Position numbers and translations under genes: made by a program. Positions 26,949 to 37,600 of a stretch of 64,000 bases of DNA are shown here, piece by piece (the stretch's first letter is position 1; the number at the start of each line of letters is the position of its first letter). The notes under the pieces were generated by a model. The model was not told where the DNA came from. It searched no databases and worked only from the letters and a program-made list of their open reading frames with translations. Source of the stretch: Acidobacteriota bacterium (GTDB taxonomy: Bacteria > Acidobacteriota > UBA6911 > RPQK01 > JAJDTT01); assembly GCA_965217775.1 (NCBI GenBank), contig CBDCJH010000002.1:5696001-5760000 (forward strand), given 5' to 3'.

Positions 26949-26978
26949 ATAATAGGTCTGCGTCCACTTGATTGTCAA
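26949..26978 (-). promoter_or_regulatory. sigma70 promoter for the SAM riboswitch/thrC unit
   Basis: TTGACA-18 nt-TATTAT. Confidence 0.75.
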
Positions 26979-27058
26979 GAGCCGCCGATGGTTCGTGAGG
27001 GGGATGCTGTCTTCCCGGCTGTTCTTGATTCGGGCCTCAGCAGTCTTCGAGCAGCGCA

Positions 27059-28486
27059 ATGGACCTCTTCGTATCGGCAGTCTGGGACACCGTCAAACGG
27101 TATTCGCTGCTGAAGCCGGGTGATTCGGTGCTGTGCGCGGTCTCGGGCGGGCCCGACTCGGTGGCACTGCTCCTGGCCCTCAAGGAATTGAGGCTCGAGT
27201 GGCCGCTTTCGCTCTCGGTCCTCCACGTGAATCACGGCCTTCGAGGAGCCGAATCCGATCGGGATGCGAGCTTCGTAGGTACGCTCTGCCGGGAACTGGA
27301 GATCCCACTCCACGTCCGATCGCGCCGGCTGAAGGTGGGCCCGGGTGAGAATCTTCAAGATCGGGCCCGGAGGGTCCGCTATCGGTCCCTCTTCGAGATC
27401 GCCGCGGCCGGCGGGTCCGTCGTGGCCACCGGGCACAATCTCCAGGATCAGGCCGAGACCCTTCTATTGAAGCTGGCCCGCGGTTCCGGTCCCACGGGTT
27501 TGTCGGGGATCTTCCCGGCGAGGGAGATTTTCCCTCACGGACCGGAAGAGCACCCGGTCCGCATGGTCCGCCCGTTGCTGGAGAGGGACCGGGAAGATAT
27601 TCTGGGCTTCCTCGAGCGCCGGGGGCAGCCTTTCCGGGAGGATTCCAGTAACCGGAACCTTCGATACGATCGCAACTGGGTCCGTCACCACCTGATTCCC
27701 GACATGAGAACCCGTCTGAACCCAGCCCTGATTCCGACCCTGGGACGGTCCGCCCGGCTTTTCCGGGAGGTGGGAGAGTTCCTGGATGCCGAGGGGCGCA
27801 AGGCCTTTGAGTCGTGCCGGGAGACACTGGACCACCGGGCCGGCGAGGTCAGGCTCAAGGTGGAGACACTTCTGGGTCTGGCTCCGGCTCTCAGGAAAGA
27901 GGTCATCCGGCATGCGGTTGGAACCTGCAAGGGCGATCTCCGGGATCTGGGCCTGAACCACGTCGACCAGGTTCTGGACCTGGTCTCCGGACGAAGCGGG
28001 AGGCGGATCCACCTGCCGGGGGAAATCGAGGCCAGCCTCGAATTCGACCACCTGAGACTGGCAAGGCGGGTTCCGCCGGTTCGTTTCAGTCACCGGCTTC
28101 CGGTTCCCGGGGAGGTGGCCATTCCGGAGACGGGCCGGCACGTGGTCTGCCGCCGTCTGACGGCGCCCGCCGGATCTACGGGCCAAGTGCTGCTTCGTTT
28201 TCCAGGATCCAGTCTGACGGTGCGGAACCGTCTGGAGGGGGACCGGTATCCGAGTCCGGGCGGGAAGAAGCTCAAACGGCTCTTCCTGCAGCGCCGCATC
28301 CCCAGGAGCGCCCGCGACACCCTGGTGGTGGTGGAGTACGAAGGCCGCCTGCTCTGGGTGGAGGGTCTTCCCCCGGACCCCCGGGTCCGAGCCTGTCCGG
28401 GCGAGAAGGACGCCGTCCTGATTAACGTGCTTGATGATCCTCATGCCGTGTCGAGGGAACCCGGGAGGAGTCGGCGTCGTCTATAG
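27059..28486 (+). CDS. tilS: tRNA(Ile)-lysidine synthase
   Basis: AVSGGPDS PP-loop, HVNHGLRG, ARRVRY, ATGHNLQDQAET, RPLL, EDSSN, RNWVRH. Confidence 0.95.
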   Translation: MDLFVSAVWDTVKRYSLLKPGDSVLCAVSGGPDSVALLLALKELRLEWPLSLSVLHVNHGLRGAESDRDASFVGTLCRELEIPLHVRSRRLKVGPGENLQDRARRVRYRSLFEIAAAGGSVVATGHNLQDQAETLLLKLARGSGPTGLSGIFPAREIFPHGPEEHPVRMVRPLLERDREDILGFLERRGQPFREDSSNRNLRYDRNWVRHHLIPDMRTRLNPALIPTLGRSARLFREVGEFLDAEGRKAFESCRETLDHRAGEVRLKVETLLGLAPALRKEVIRHAVGTCKGDLRDLGLNHVDQVLDLVSGRSGRRIHLPGEIEASLEFDHLRLARRVPPVRFSHRLPVPGEVAIPETGRHVVCRRLTAPAGSTGQVLLRFPGSSLTVRNRLEGDRYPSPGGKKLKRLFLQRRIPRSARDTLVVVEYEGRLLWVEGLPPDPRVRACPGEKDAVLINVLDDPHAVSREPGRSRRRL

Positions 28487-28605
28487 AAGAACGCTGCAGG
28501 AACGTTGCGGAACAAGATGAAACAATCGGCGGGCGTGTTCAGACCCGGGACATTTCCCTATAATGGAACGGTGTCTGACATAGTTGCGCCGCTGGAGGTC
28601 CGGTC

Positions 28606-30549
28606 TTGAACACTACCGCAAGGAGCATCTTTCTCTGGGTGGTCGTCATCGTGGCGGTGGTCGCTCTCTGGCAGTTCCTGAGCAAGGTCAAGAGCGGCGA
28701 CGTGGACTCGCTCAATTATTCGGAGTTCACGCAAATGCTCGCCGAAGGCGAAATTGAGCAGATCACCATGACCGGCAACAAGGTCGAGGGGGAGTATCTT
28801 TCCCCCGGATCCGAAACACGCCGATCCTTCCGGGTCATCATTCCCAAAGGCTCGGAAGAGACCATCGCCAACCAACTGGACTCGAAAGGGGTCGTGGTCG
28901 AGGTCAACGAGAGCGATCAGAGTTCATGGATCTACGTGATCTTGACTTCCTGGTTTCCCATCATCCTTTTTCTGGCCTTCTGGATCTTCCTGATGCGTCA
29001 GATGCAGAGCGGCGGGAACAAGGCCCTGTCATTCGGCAAGAGCCGCGCCCGTCTTTCCACCAGCAAACAGAAAAAGGTGACCTTCAAGGACGTGGCCGGC
29101 GTGGAAGAAGCCAAGGAGGAACTTGAGGAGATCATCGACTTTCTCAAGGAGCCCCAGAAATTCCAGAAGTTGGGGGGGCGAATCCCCAAAGGCGTGCTCC
29201 TGATGGGACCTCCGGGAACGGGCAAGACCCTGCTGGCACGGGCTATCTCCGGCGAAGCCAATGTACCCTTCTTCAGCATCAGCGGTTCCGATTTCGTCGA
29301 GATGTTCGTGGGCGTGGGAGCGAGCCGGGTTCGGGACCTCTTCGAACAGGGGAAGAAGAACGCGCCTTGCATCGTCTTCATCGATGAGATCGACGCCGTG
29401 GGCCGCCACCGCGGCGCCGGTCTGGGCGGCGGGCACGACGAGCGGGAGCAGACCCTGAACCAGCTCCTGGTGGAGATGGACGGATTCGAGTCCAATGAAG
29501 GCGTCATTCTGATAGCGGCCACGAACCGCCCGGATGTGCTGGACCCGGCCCTGTTGCGTCCGGGGAGATTCGACCGGCAGGTGGTGGTCACGCTGCCGGA
29601 CATCAAGGGCCGTGACGCGATTCTCAAGGTCCATATCCGGAAAACCCCTCTGGCCGAGGACGTGGACCTCTCGGTGCTGGCCCGGGGAACCCCCGGGTTC
29701 TCGGGCGCTCAGTTGGCCAACTTGGTCAACGAGGCAGCTCTCAACGCGGCGCGATACGACCGCAAGGCCGTCAACATGGAGGACTTCGAGCAGGCCAAGG
29801 ACAAGGTGCTCATGGGCAAGGAGCGCAAGTCCATGATCATGAACGAGACGGAGAAGCGCAGTACCGCCTACCACGAGGCTGGACATGCCCTCGTGGCCTT
29901 CAAGCTGCCCGAGGCCGATCCTCTGCACAAGGTCACCATCATTCCTCGTGGACGCGCTCTCGGCGTCACCATGCAGTTGCCCGAGGAGGACAAGTACAAC
30001 TACACCAAGGAATACATGGAGTCCTCCATCACCATTCTCATGGGTGGACGGGTGGCGGAGCAGATCTTCCTGGGAAGTCGCACTACTGGAGCATCCAACG
30101 ACCTGGAGCGATCCACCGACCTGGCCCGCAAGATGGTGTGCGAGTGGGGCATGAGCGAGGCGATGGGACCGCTCACCTACGGCAAGAAGGAAGAGCAGAT
30201 CTTCCTGGGCCGGGAAATCGCACAACACCAGGACTACAGCGAACAGACCGCCGTCAAGATCGACAGGGAGGTCGAGCGGCTGGTTCTGCACAGCTACGAC
30301 CGGGCCACGGAGATCCTGGAGGCCAATCGGACGCCGTTGATCCGGTTGGCGGAGACGCTGTTGGAGTTCGAGACCCTCGACGGGGACGAAGTCGAGGCCG
30401 TGATCCAGGGTCGGAAAATCCGGATTCCCGCGCGGAAACCCGCACCACCGGCCCAGGATGAGGCGCAGGAGCCTGCCGAGCCGCAAGAGAATGTCGCTTC
30501 TTCCCTGCCTCCCCTGGTGAAGCCGGAAGAGCGTCCGGCGCCGGCCTGA
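28606..30549 (+). CDS. ftsH: ATP-dependent zinc metalloprotease FtsH
   Basis: 2 TM; GPPGTGKT; DEIDAVGR; HEAGH. A TATAAT box lies at 28559-28564. Confidence 0.98.
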   Translation: MNTTARSIFLWVVVIVAVVALWQFLSKVKSGDVDSLNYSEFTQMLAEGEIEQITMTGNKVEGEYLSPGSETRRSFRVIIPKGSEETIANQLDSKGVVVEVNESDQSSWIYVILTSWFPIILFLAFWIFLMRQMQSGGNKALSFGKSRARLSTSKQKKVTFKDVAGVEEAKEELEEIIDFLKEPQKFQKLGGRIPKGVLLMGPPGTGKTLLARAISGEANVPFFSISGSDFVEMFVGVGASRVRDLFEQGKKNAPCIVFIDEIDAVGRHRGAGLGGGHDEREQTLNQLLVEMDGFESNEGVILIAATNRPDVLDPALLRPGRFDRQVVVTLPDIKGRDAILKVHIRKTPLAEDVDLSVLARGTPGFSGAQLANLVNEAALNAARYDRKAVNMEDFEQAKDKVLMGKERKSMIMNETEKRSTAYHEAGHALVAFKLPEADPLHKVTIIPRGRALGVTMQLPEEDKYNYTKEYMESSITILMGGRVAEQIFLGSRTTGASNDLERSTDLARKMVCEWGMSEAMGPLTYGKKEEQIFLGREIAQHQDYSEQTAVKIDREVERLVLHSYDRATEILEANRTPLIRLAETLLEFETLDGDEVEAVIQGRKIRIPARKPAPPAQDEAQEPAEPQENVASSLPPLVKPEERPAPA

Positions 30550-30641
30550 TTCCTTCCATCTGCTGCCGGCGAGGCCAGGATGGAGGCTGGTGGGAGCGCC
30601 GGTTCTTGTCTCCAGCGGGCGCCATCCCCATTCTTCGTTCC

Positions 30642-31535
30642 ATGCAGGACACCCACCCAGGAAGCGCACTCGGAGACGGCCGGAAAAGCTTCACCCTGCG
30701 AGCCCGGGACAGGAGTCTGGAGTTGGGTCCGGTCACCCGGACCATGGCGGTGGTCAACATCACTCCCGACTCCTTCTCCGACGGCGGCAAGTTCCTCGAT
30801 CCGAACCAAGCCGTGGACCGTTGTCTGGAGCTGGCGGCCCAGGGCGCCGACATCCTGGACGTCGGGGGCGAGTCCACTCGTCCGGGCGTGTCTCCGATCT
30901 CGACAGAGGAAGAGTTGGACCGAGTGCTGCCGGTCTTGGAGGGAATCCGAGGCCGGACCTCCTGCCTCGTCTCCGTCGACACCTACAAGTCGCAAGTGGC
31001 TCGGGCGGCCCTGGACGCAGGCGCCCATATCGTCAACAACGTCGGTGCGCTGCAATTGGACGCGGATGTGGCGGAGATTGCTGGAAGGGCCGGCGCCGCT
31101 ATCGTGCTCATGCACATGCGGGGAACACCGCGAACCATGCAGGCCCTGCCCCCCAGCCGGGACATTCTGACGGAGATCGAACAGGGCTTGACCCGGGCCG
31201 TGGACCTTTGCGGCAGCCACGGAATTGCACGTGATAGAATCGTTCTCGACCCCGGAATCGGGTTTGGCAAAACAGTAGAAGACAATCTCAAGGTCCTGAA
31301 TCGGTTATCGCGGTTGGGCAGGCTCCGGTTTCCGATTCTGGTGGGCACGTCCCGAAAGAGCTTTCTCGGCAAAATCCTCGACCTCCCGGTGCAGGAGAGG
31401 CTGTTGGCTACGGCGGCTTCGGTGGTCATGGCGGTGGTCAGAGGAGCCCACATCGTGAGGGTCCACGATCTTAATGAAATGGTCCACGCGCTCCGTATAG
31501 CCGACTCGATTCTGGGCGAAAGGAGAATCAGCTGA
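30642..31535 (+). CDS. folP: Dihydropteroate synthase
   Basis: NITPDSFSDGG, DVGGESTRPG, MHMRG, DPGIGFGK, GTSRKSF, RVHD. Confidence 0.96.
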   Translation: MQDTHPGSALGDGRKSFTLRARDRSLELGPVTRTMAVVNITPDSFSDGGKFLDPNQAVDRCLELAAQGADILDVGGESTRPGVSPISTEEELDRVLPVLEGIRGRTSCLVSVDTYKSQVARAALDAGAHIVNNVGALQLDADVAEIAGRAGAAIVLMHMRGTPRTMQALPPSRDILTEIEQGLTRAVDLCGSHGIARDRIVLDPGIGFGKTVEDNLKVLNRLSRLGRLRFPILVGTSRKSFLGKILDLPVQERLLATAASVVMAVVRGAHIVRVHDLNEMVHALRIADSILGERRIS

Positions 31536-31536
31536 G

Positions 31537-32343
31537 GTGGACGCATTTTCCGGTCTTTTCGATCTTGGTGTCCGGGATCTGCTCGACATCCTGGTGGTGG
31601 CCGTCCTCATCTACCACATCCTGCTTCTGTTCAAAGGCACCCGCGGCCTGCAGATCACGTTGGGAGTCATGGGACTTCTGGTGGTCTATTATCTGGCCCG
31701 GAGTCTGGAACTCCAGATGGTGGAGACCCTGTTCTCCAACTTCTTCATCAACTTCATCCTGGCCGCCATCATCATCTATCAGAGGGAGATTCGCCGGGGA
31801 CTGGCGGCTTTGGGCCGAGGAAGGTTTTTCCTTCCCTTGTTCACGTCGGCCGAGCGGGTCAACTTGAACGGATTGGTAGCGACGGCGGCCCACTTGTCCC
31901 GGGAAAAAACCGGAGCATTGATCGTCATGGAGCGGGAAATAGGCCTCCGCAACTACATCGAGACGGGAATCAAGCTGGATGCCCTGCTCGGAAATGACCT
32001 GTTGCTGAGCATTTTCAGCCCGGGCTGTCCACTCCACGACGGGGCCGTGATCATTCAGGCCGACCGCATCGCCGCGGCGGGTTGCTACCTTCGCCTGACC
32101 ACCAGTCCGGACCTGGGTCGCCGCTGGGGAAGCCGTCATCGCGCCGGTCTCGGGATCTCGGAGGAAACCGACGCCATTTCCATTATCGTCTCCGAGGAGA
32201 CCGGCAGGGTCTCGGTCGCGTTCCAAGGCAACCTGATCCAGGATCTGGAGGGCCCGAAGCTGCTGGCGCTGCTGCGGGAGTTGATGGGAACTCGCCGGAG
32301 TCCAGCCGCCCAAGCGGCCCAGAGGAGTCCCAAGCCCGCATGA
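31537..32343 (+). CDS. cdaA: Diadenylate cyclase CdaA (DacA)
   Basis: 3 TM; GALIV; PLHDGAV; GSRHRAGLG; VSEETG. Confidence 0.93.
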   Translation: MDAFSGLFDLGVRDLLDILVVAVLIYHILLLFKGTRGLQITLGVMGLLVVYYLARSLELQMVETLFSNFFINFILAAIIIYQREIRRGLAALGRGRFFLPLFTSAERVNLNGLVATAAHLSREKTGALIVMEREIGLRNYIETGIKLDALLGNDLLLSIFSPGCPLHDGAVIIQADRIAAAGCYLRLTTSPDLGRRWGSRHRAGLGISEETDAISIIVSEETGRVSVAFQGNLIQDLEGPKLLALLRELMGTRRSPAAQAAQRSPKPA

Positions 32344-33287
32344 TTCGTCCGCGCCAGTGGCTCCTGAACAATCCCGGCCTGAAGGTGGTCTCTCTGGGCC
32401 TTTCCTTCTTGCTCTGGAATCTATTAGGTGTCAAGGACGAGGTCATTCGGGTCGTGACGATCCCGGTCCAGTTCGTCAACCTGGCGCCCGATCTAGCCAT
32501 CTCCACCGATTACGAGCGTGAGGTGGAGGTGACCATCCGCGCGGGGCGAAGATTCGCAGTGGAGGAGGAGGCGGGCCGAATGTCGGCCGAAATCGATCTC
32601 CAGACCATGGTAGCCGGCAACGTCCAGATTTCCCTGAACGAGCGCAACATCAGCAACCGTCCGCTCGGCGTGGAAGTTCTGAGTATTGCGCCCAATCCGC
32701 TCCAGTTGGAGTTGGAACAGATCCACCACAAGATGGTGGAGGTTCGGCCGCGATGGGAGGGTGAGCCCGTGGAAGGCTACGAGCTGGTTGAAGTCCGGAG
32801 CGCTCCCCAGCAGGTGCAGGTATCGGGACTGGAGGCCGTGCTGGGCAAGGTTTCCACCGTCCCGACCGAACCCGTGGACATATCCGGCCGCTCCTCAGGT
32901 TTCGACTCGGAGGTCGACCTGGACCCTCAGAATCCCCTGCTCGGGATCGACGGCGATTCCTCCGTGGTCTTGCAGATCCTGATCGAGGAAGAGAGGCGGG
33001 AATTGAAGCTGGCGCGGGTCCAGGTGGAATTGGAATCCCCGAGCCCCGGGGTCAGCCTCATGACCCGCTCCTTGAATCTGGTCGTGTCGGTCCCCATATC
33101 CTTCGAAGGCGAGGTCTCCAGCAAGGATTTTCGAGCCCGGGTGGCAGTGAACGGCCTCGAGCCCCGGGGCCAGCCCCATGAGATTCCTCCCGAGATCGTG
33201 ACTATCTCCGACCTGGAGGATCTGGAGGACGTCTACCGGGTGGAATCGACCCAACCGGAGCAAGTCCGGGTCCGGGTCAGACGATAG
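32340..33287 (+). CDS. cdaR: CdaR/YbbR-like regulator
   Basis: N-terminal NNPGLKVVSL..LW TM, YbbR beta repeats (GEPVEGY, VQVSG, TEPVDISG); lies between cdaA and glmM. Confidence 0.85.
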   Translation: MIRPRQWLLNNPGLKVVSLGLSFLLWNLLGVKDEVIRVVTIPVQFVNLAPDLAISTDYEREVEVTIRAGRRFAVEEEAGRMSAEIDLQTMVAGNVQISLNERNISNRPLGVEVLSIAPNPLQLELEQIHHKMVEVRPRWEGEPVEGYELVEVRSAPQQVQVSGLEAVLGKVSTVPTEPVDISGRSSGFDSEVDLDPQNPLLGIDGDSSVVLQILIEEERRELKLARVQVELESPSPGVSLMTRSLNLVVSVPISFEGEVSSKDFRARVAVNGLEPRGQPHEIPPEIVTISDLEDLEDVYRVESTQPEQVRVRVRR

Positions 33288-33298
33288 CACTAGCCCGA

Positions 33299-34684
33299 AT
33301 GTCCACTCTCTTCGGGACCGACGGAATTCGGGGAGTGGCGGGGGAATACCCTCTCGACCCCGCAACTCTGTTTCGAATCGGCCGGTGCCTCGCCGGTGGT
33401 GGCCGCAGGTCCGTGGTGTTGGGACGGGATACTCGGGAGAGCGGGCCTTGGATCGAGCAGAACCTGGTCCACGGGCTTTCCGGTGCCGGCGCCCGAGTCA
33501 CCTCTGCCGGGGTGTTGCCGACTCCGGCCATCTCCCTGCTGTGCCGGGATTCTGAATTCGACGCCGGCGTCGTCGTCTCGGCTTCTCACAACGTCTACAG
33601 CGACAACGGACTGAAGTTCTTCACGGGACGGGGGCTGAAGCTCTCGCGGCATGAAGAACTGGCGCTCGAAACGCTCTTGGAGGCGGACGATGCCTCCTCT
33701 CCCATGCCGCGCTCCCCCTCTCCGAATCCGCCGGCCTTGATCCGGACCGATCCCGGCTGCTTCGAAAGGTACTCGCGGTTTCTGCGGTCGACGCTGGAAG
33801 TAGAAAGCCTGGAGCACTTGAAGCTGGTCCTGGATTGCGCTTCGGGAGCGGCGTCCCGGGTGGCGCCCCGGCTCTTCAGCGACCTTGGTGCCCGCGTTGC
33901 GGTGATCGACGGCGCACCCGACGGCCGAAACATCAATCGAGACTGTGGGGCGGTCCATCCCCATCGAATGGCCCGAGCCGTGATGGAAACGAAGGCCGAC
34001 TTCGGCGTCGCTTTCGACGGAGACGCCGACCGCGCCATCTTTGCCGATCATCGGGGGAGGCTCCTGACCGGAGATCACGTTCTCTACGTCCTGGCCGGAC
34101 ACTTGCTGGAGCGGGGCCGTCTACCCACCCGCCGGGTCGTCGCCACCGTGATGTCCAATCTGGGTCTGGAGATCGCCCTGGCCAACCTGGGCGTCCACCT
34201 GGTCCGTGCGCAGGTCGGAGACAGGAACGTCTTGGAGACCATGTTGGAGGGGGGAGACCATCTGGGGGGAGAGCCTTCGGGCCACACCATCCTCAGAGAG
34301 CATTCACCGGCGGGAGACGGTATCCTGACCGCCCTGAAGATGGCTCAGGTGCTGTATCTGGAAAGACGCTCGCTGGCCCGGTTGAGCGGTGGCTTGAGGC
34401 TCCGCCCGCAGGTCCTCCGAAACGTTCCGGTGGGAAGGCGGGAGCAGGGCCTGATGGAGGATCGGGAGGTCCGGAGGCGAACCGAGTCGGCTCGACAGTC
34501 CTTGAAGGGCAGGGGACGGATCCTGGTGCGCTGTTCCGGGACCGAACCGGTGGTGAGGATCATGGCGGAAGGTGAGGATCGGGAGCTTCTGGAAGCATGC
34601 GTGGAAGGAATTGCCGCGCAGATCCGGCGCTCCCGGGCACGTCTGGCGCCGCCGGACCACACCAGGCGGCAGGAGCGGTCGTGA
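33299..34684 (+). CDS. glmM: Phosphoglucosamine mutase
   Basis: LFGTDGIRG, GRDTRESG, SASHN, FDGDADR, TVMSN, GGEPSGH, RCSGTEP. Confidence 0.95.
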   Translation: MSTLFGTDGIRGVAGEYPLDPATLFRIGRCLAGGGRRSVVLGRDTRESGPWIEQNLVHGLSGAGARVTSAGVLPTPAISLLCRDSEFDAGVVVSASHNVYSDNGLKFFTGRGLKLSRHEELALETLLEADDASSPMPRSPSPNPPALIRTDPGCFERYSRFLRSTLEVESLEHLKLVLDCASGAASRVAPRLFSDLGARVAVIDGAPDGRNINRDCGAVHPHRMARAVMETKADFGVAFDGDADRAIFADHRGRLLTGDHVLYVLAGHLLERGRLPTRRVVATVMSNLGLEIALANLGVHLVRAQVGDRNVLETMLEGGDHLGGEPSGHTILREHSPAGDGILTALKMAQVLYLERRSLARLSGGLRLRPQVLRNVPVGRREQGLMEDREVRRRTESARQSLKGRGRILVRCSGTEPVVRIMAEGEDRELLEACVEGIAAQIRRSRARLAPPDHTRRQERS

Positions 34685-37600
34685 ATCCGGAATCTTTTCT
34701 GCAACCATCCCGGGCAACCTCGAGTCCAGGGTTTCCCACAGCTGCAAACCTGTTCGAGACCCTGGCTGAGAAAGCCCTCCGAAACCGGCGGCTCGAGGGC
34801 CTGCATGGAGCCGATTCGGCCTTGGTGCTGGCCTCGATCTATCGAGAGAATCCCGGCTTCTATCTCTGGTTGTGTCCGCGCAATCGGGATCTGGAGACCA
34901 TGGCGGAGAATCTTCGGCTGTTCCTGCCCCAAGAGTGCCGGAATCAGGTCCTGCTGCTTCCCGGTTCGGAAGCGGACCCCTACCGCGGGCTCTCTCCCCA
35001 CCCCGAGATCGCGGCGGCTCGAGCCGTCGCTCTCTGGAAGATTCTCCGTTGGAGCCGGGGCCTGATTCTGACGACCCTGACCGCTCTGACACCGCGGCTT
35101 CCCTCTCCCCGGAACTTCATGAGCCAGTGTCTCGATCTGGAGGTGGGGAGGTTCTTCCCCCCGGATCACCTGGCCCGAACCCTGGACGAAGTGGGTTACA
35201 TCCGGGAAGACCCGGTCAGTTCCGTGGGAGAGTACTCCGTACGCGGCGGCATCATCGACGTCTTTTCACCTTCCGGTTCGGCTCCCGTCCGCATCGAATT
35301 TTTCGGAGACGAGATCGAATCGATTCGCGAATTCGACCCCACTTCGCAACGCTCGGTGGCGCTGGTGCCCGGATGCCATGTGATTCCCATGAGAGAGCTG
35401 GCGGTCACCCCCCGGGACATCGCCAATTGGCACCGGGAAGCTCCGGACCAATGGTCGGAAGTTCGATTTGCTCGAGCCCTGGACGAACGACTCCAGTTCA
35501 CCGCCAACGGGGAGCTGTTCAACGGGTTCGAGGCGCTGTTCCCCCTGGTGGTCCCGGCCCGGCACCATCTGCTGGACTACGTCCAGGGAGAAGGAGGGTC
35601 TTCGCCGACGCTGGTCCTGCCCGACTGGGACGAACTCCGGAATGAGCACGGGAAGATCCGGGAACGGTGGGAACAGAGCTATCGAGAGCGCACGGACGAC
35701 GGCGATCTCACGCTACCGCCGGATCGGCTGGGCTTGTCCACGGAAGTGTTCGAGGGCTGGACCCGGCAACACCGCACCATCTACCTGAGCCGGCTGTTTC
35801 AGGACCCGGGCCAAGCGGAACCTTTCGATTTCCGGATCGAGCGGCAGTACTCGGGTCAATTTCGGGGTCTGTTGGCCGACCTTGAGGAGTGGACCAGGCG
35901 AGAACGGGTCGTCTTCGTGATGAAGACGCCGGGGATGGTCGACCGGCTGGTCGATATCTTTCGCGAGTACGATATTCACCTGCATCGTGCTTCCGGGTTC
36001 GGTAGCGCCCTGGCTCACCGGACCGCCGTGATCCAGGGACGACTGTCGCAAGGGTTCCACTCGCCCGGTCTGGGTCTGCACCTGTTGGGCGAGGAGAACC
36101 TTTTCGCCAAAAGCCTCCGGACACCCGCGCCTCCCCGGACCAAGACCGACCTGGCTGCCAGCTTTCTCTCCGACTTCCGGGATCTGAAGTCCGGCGACTA
36201 CGTGGTTCACATCGATCATGGAATCGGCCGTTTCCAGGGACTTCGGTCGCTGGGTGTCGGCGGCGACGCCCGGGAGTTCGTGGTGGTCAGCTTCCGGGGG
36301 GACGACAAGCTGTACGTCCCCGCGGACCGGCTGGATCAACTCCAGAAATTTCGCAGTTCCGGTGAGTCCGGACCGCGGCTGGATCGATTGGGGGGCGCCT
36401 CCTGGCACAAGACCAAGAAACGAATCAAGAAATCCATGCGGCGCATGGCCCAGGATCTACTCAAGCTGTACGCACAACGGGAGGTGGCCCGGGGGCATGT
36501 CTTCCCGGAGGACGACGCCTTGGTCAGGGAGTTCGAGGCGGCGTTCCCTTATGAGGCAACCCCCGACCAGGCTGCCGCCATCCAGGCCGTCAAGAAGGAC
36601 ATGATGGCGCCGCGTCCCATGGATCGCCTGATCTGTGGAGACGTGGGGTACGGAAAGACCGAAGTGGCTATGAGAGCCGCTTTCCGGGCCGTCAACGACA
36701 GCAAGCAGGTTGCCGTCCTGACCCCCACGACCGTCCTGGCGCTGCAGCACTACAACACCTTTCGCGAGCGCTTCAAGGCGTTTCCCGTCTCCATCGGGAT
36801 GATCAGCCGCCTTCGCAACCGCAGCCAGCAGCGAGAGATCCTCGAGCACACGGAATCGGGGAAGACCGACATTCTCATCGGAACCCACCGGCTCCTCTCC
36901 CGGGACGTCCGGTTCCGCGACCTGGGTCTCATCGTGGTGGACGAGGAACAACGGTTCGGAGTCGTCCAGAAAGAACGGCTCAAGCAGTTGAAGACCCGCG
37001 TGGACGTGCTCAATCTCTCGGCAACGCCGATTCCTCGCACCCTGAGCATGTCGCTGACCGGTGTCCGCGACCTCTCCATCATCGAAACGCCTCCCAAGGA
37101 CCGTCTGTCCATTCAGACCGCCGTGGTCAGGTTCAGCCGGTCGCTGATCCGCACCGCCATCGACCTGGAGCTGAAGCGCCAGGGACAGATCTTCATAGTC
37201 CACAACTCGGTGGAGACCATCTACACCATCGCGCGCATGGTCCAGGAGACGGTGCCCGAAGCTCGCGTCGCGGTCGGGCACGGCCAGATGAGGGAGAAAC
37301 AGCTGGAGAAGGTCATGCTGGATTTCCTCGACTATCGCTACGACGTGCTGGTCGCCACCACCATTATCGAAAACGGCCTGGACATCCCCCGGGCCAATAC
37401 CCTCCTGGTGAACCGGGCCCACCGGTTCGGACTCGCCCAGCTCTACCAGCTCAGGGGCCGGGTCGGCCGCTCCAATCGCCGCGCCTACGCCTATCTGCTC
37501 ATTCCCTCCGAGGAAACTCTGAGCACCGCCGCCGCCAAGCGCCTTGCGGCCATCCGGGAATTCAGCGACCTGGGTTCCGGATTTCGCATCGCCGCCATGG

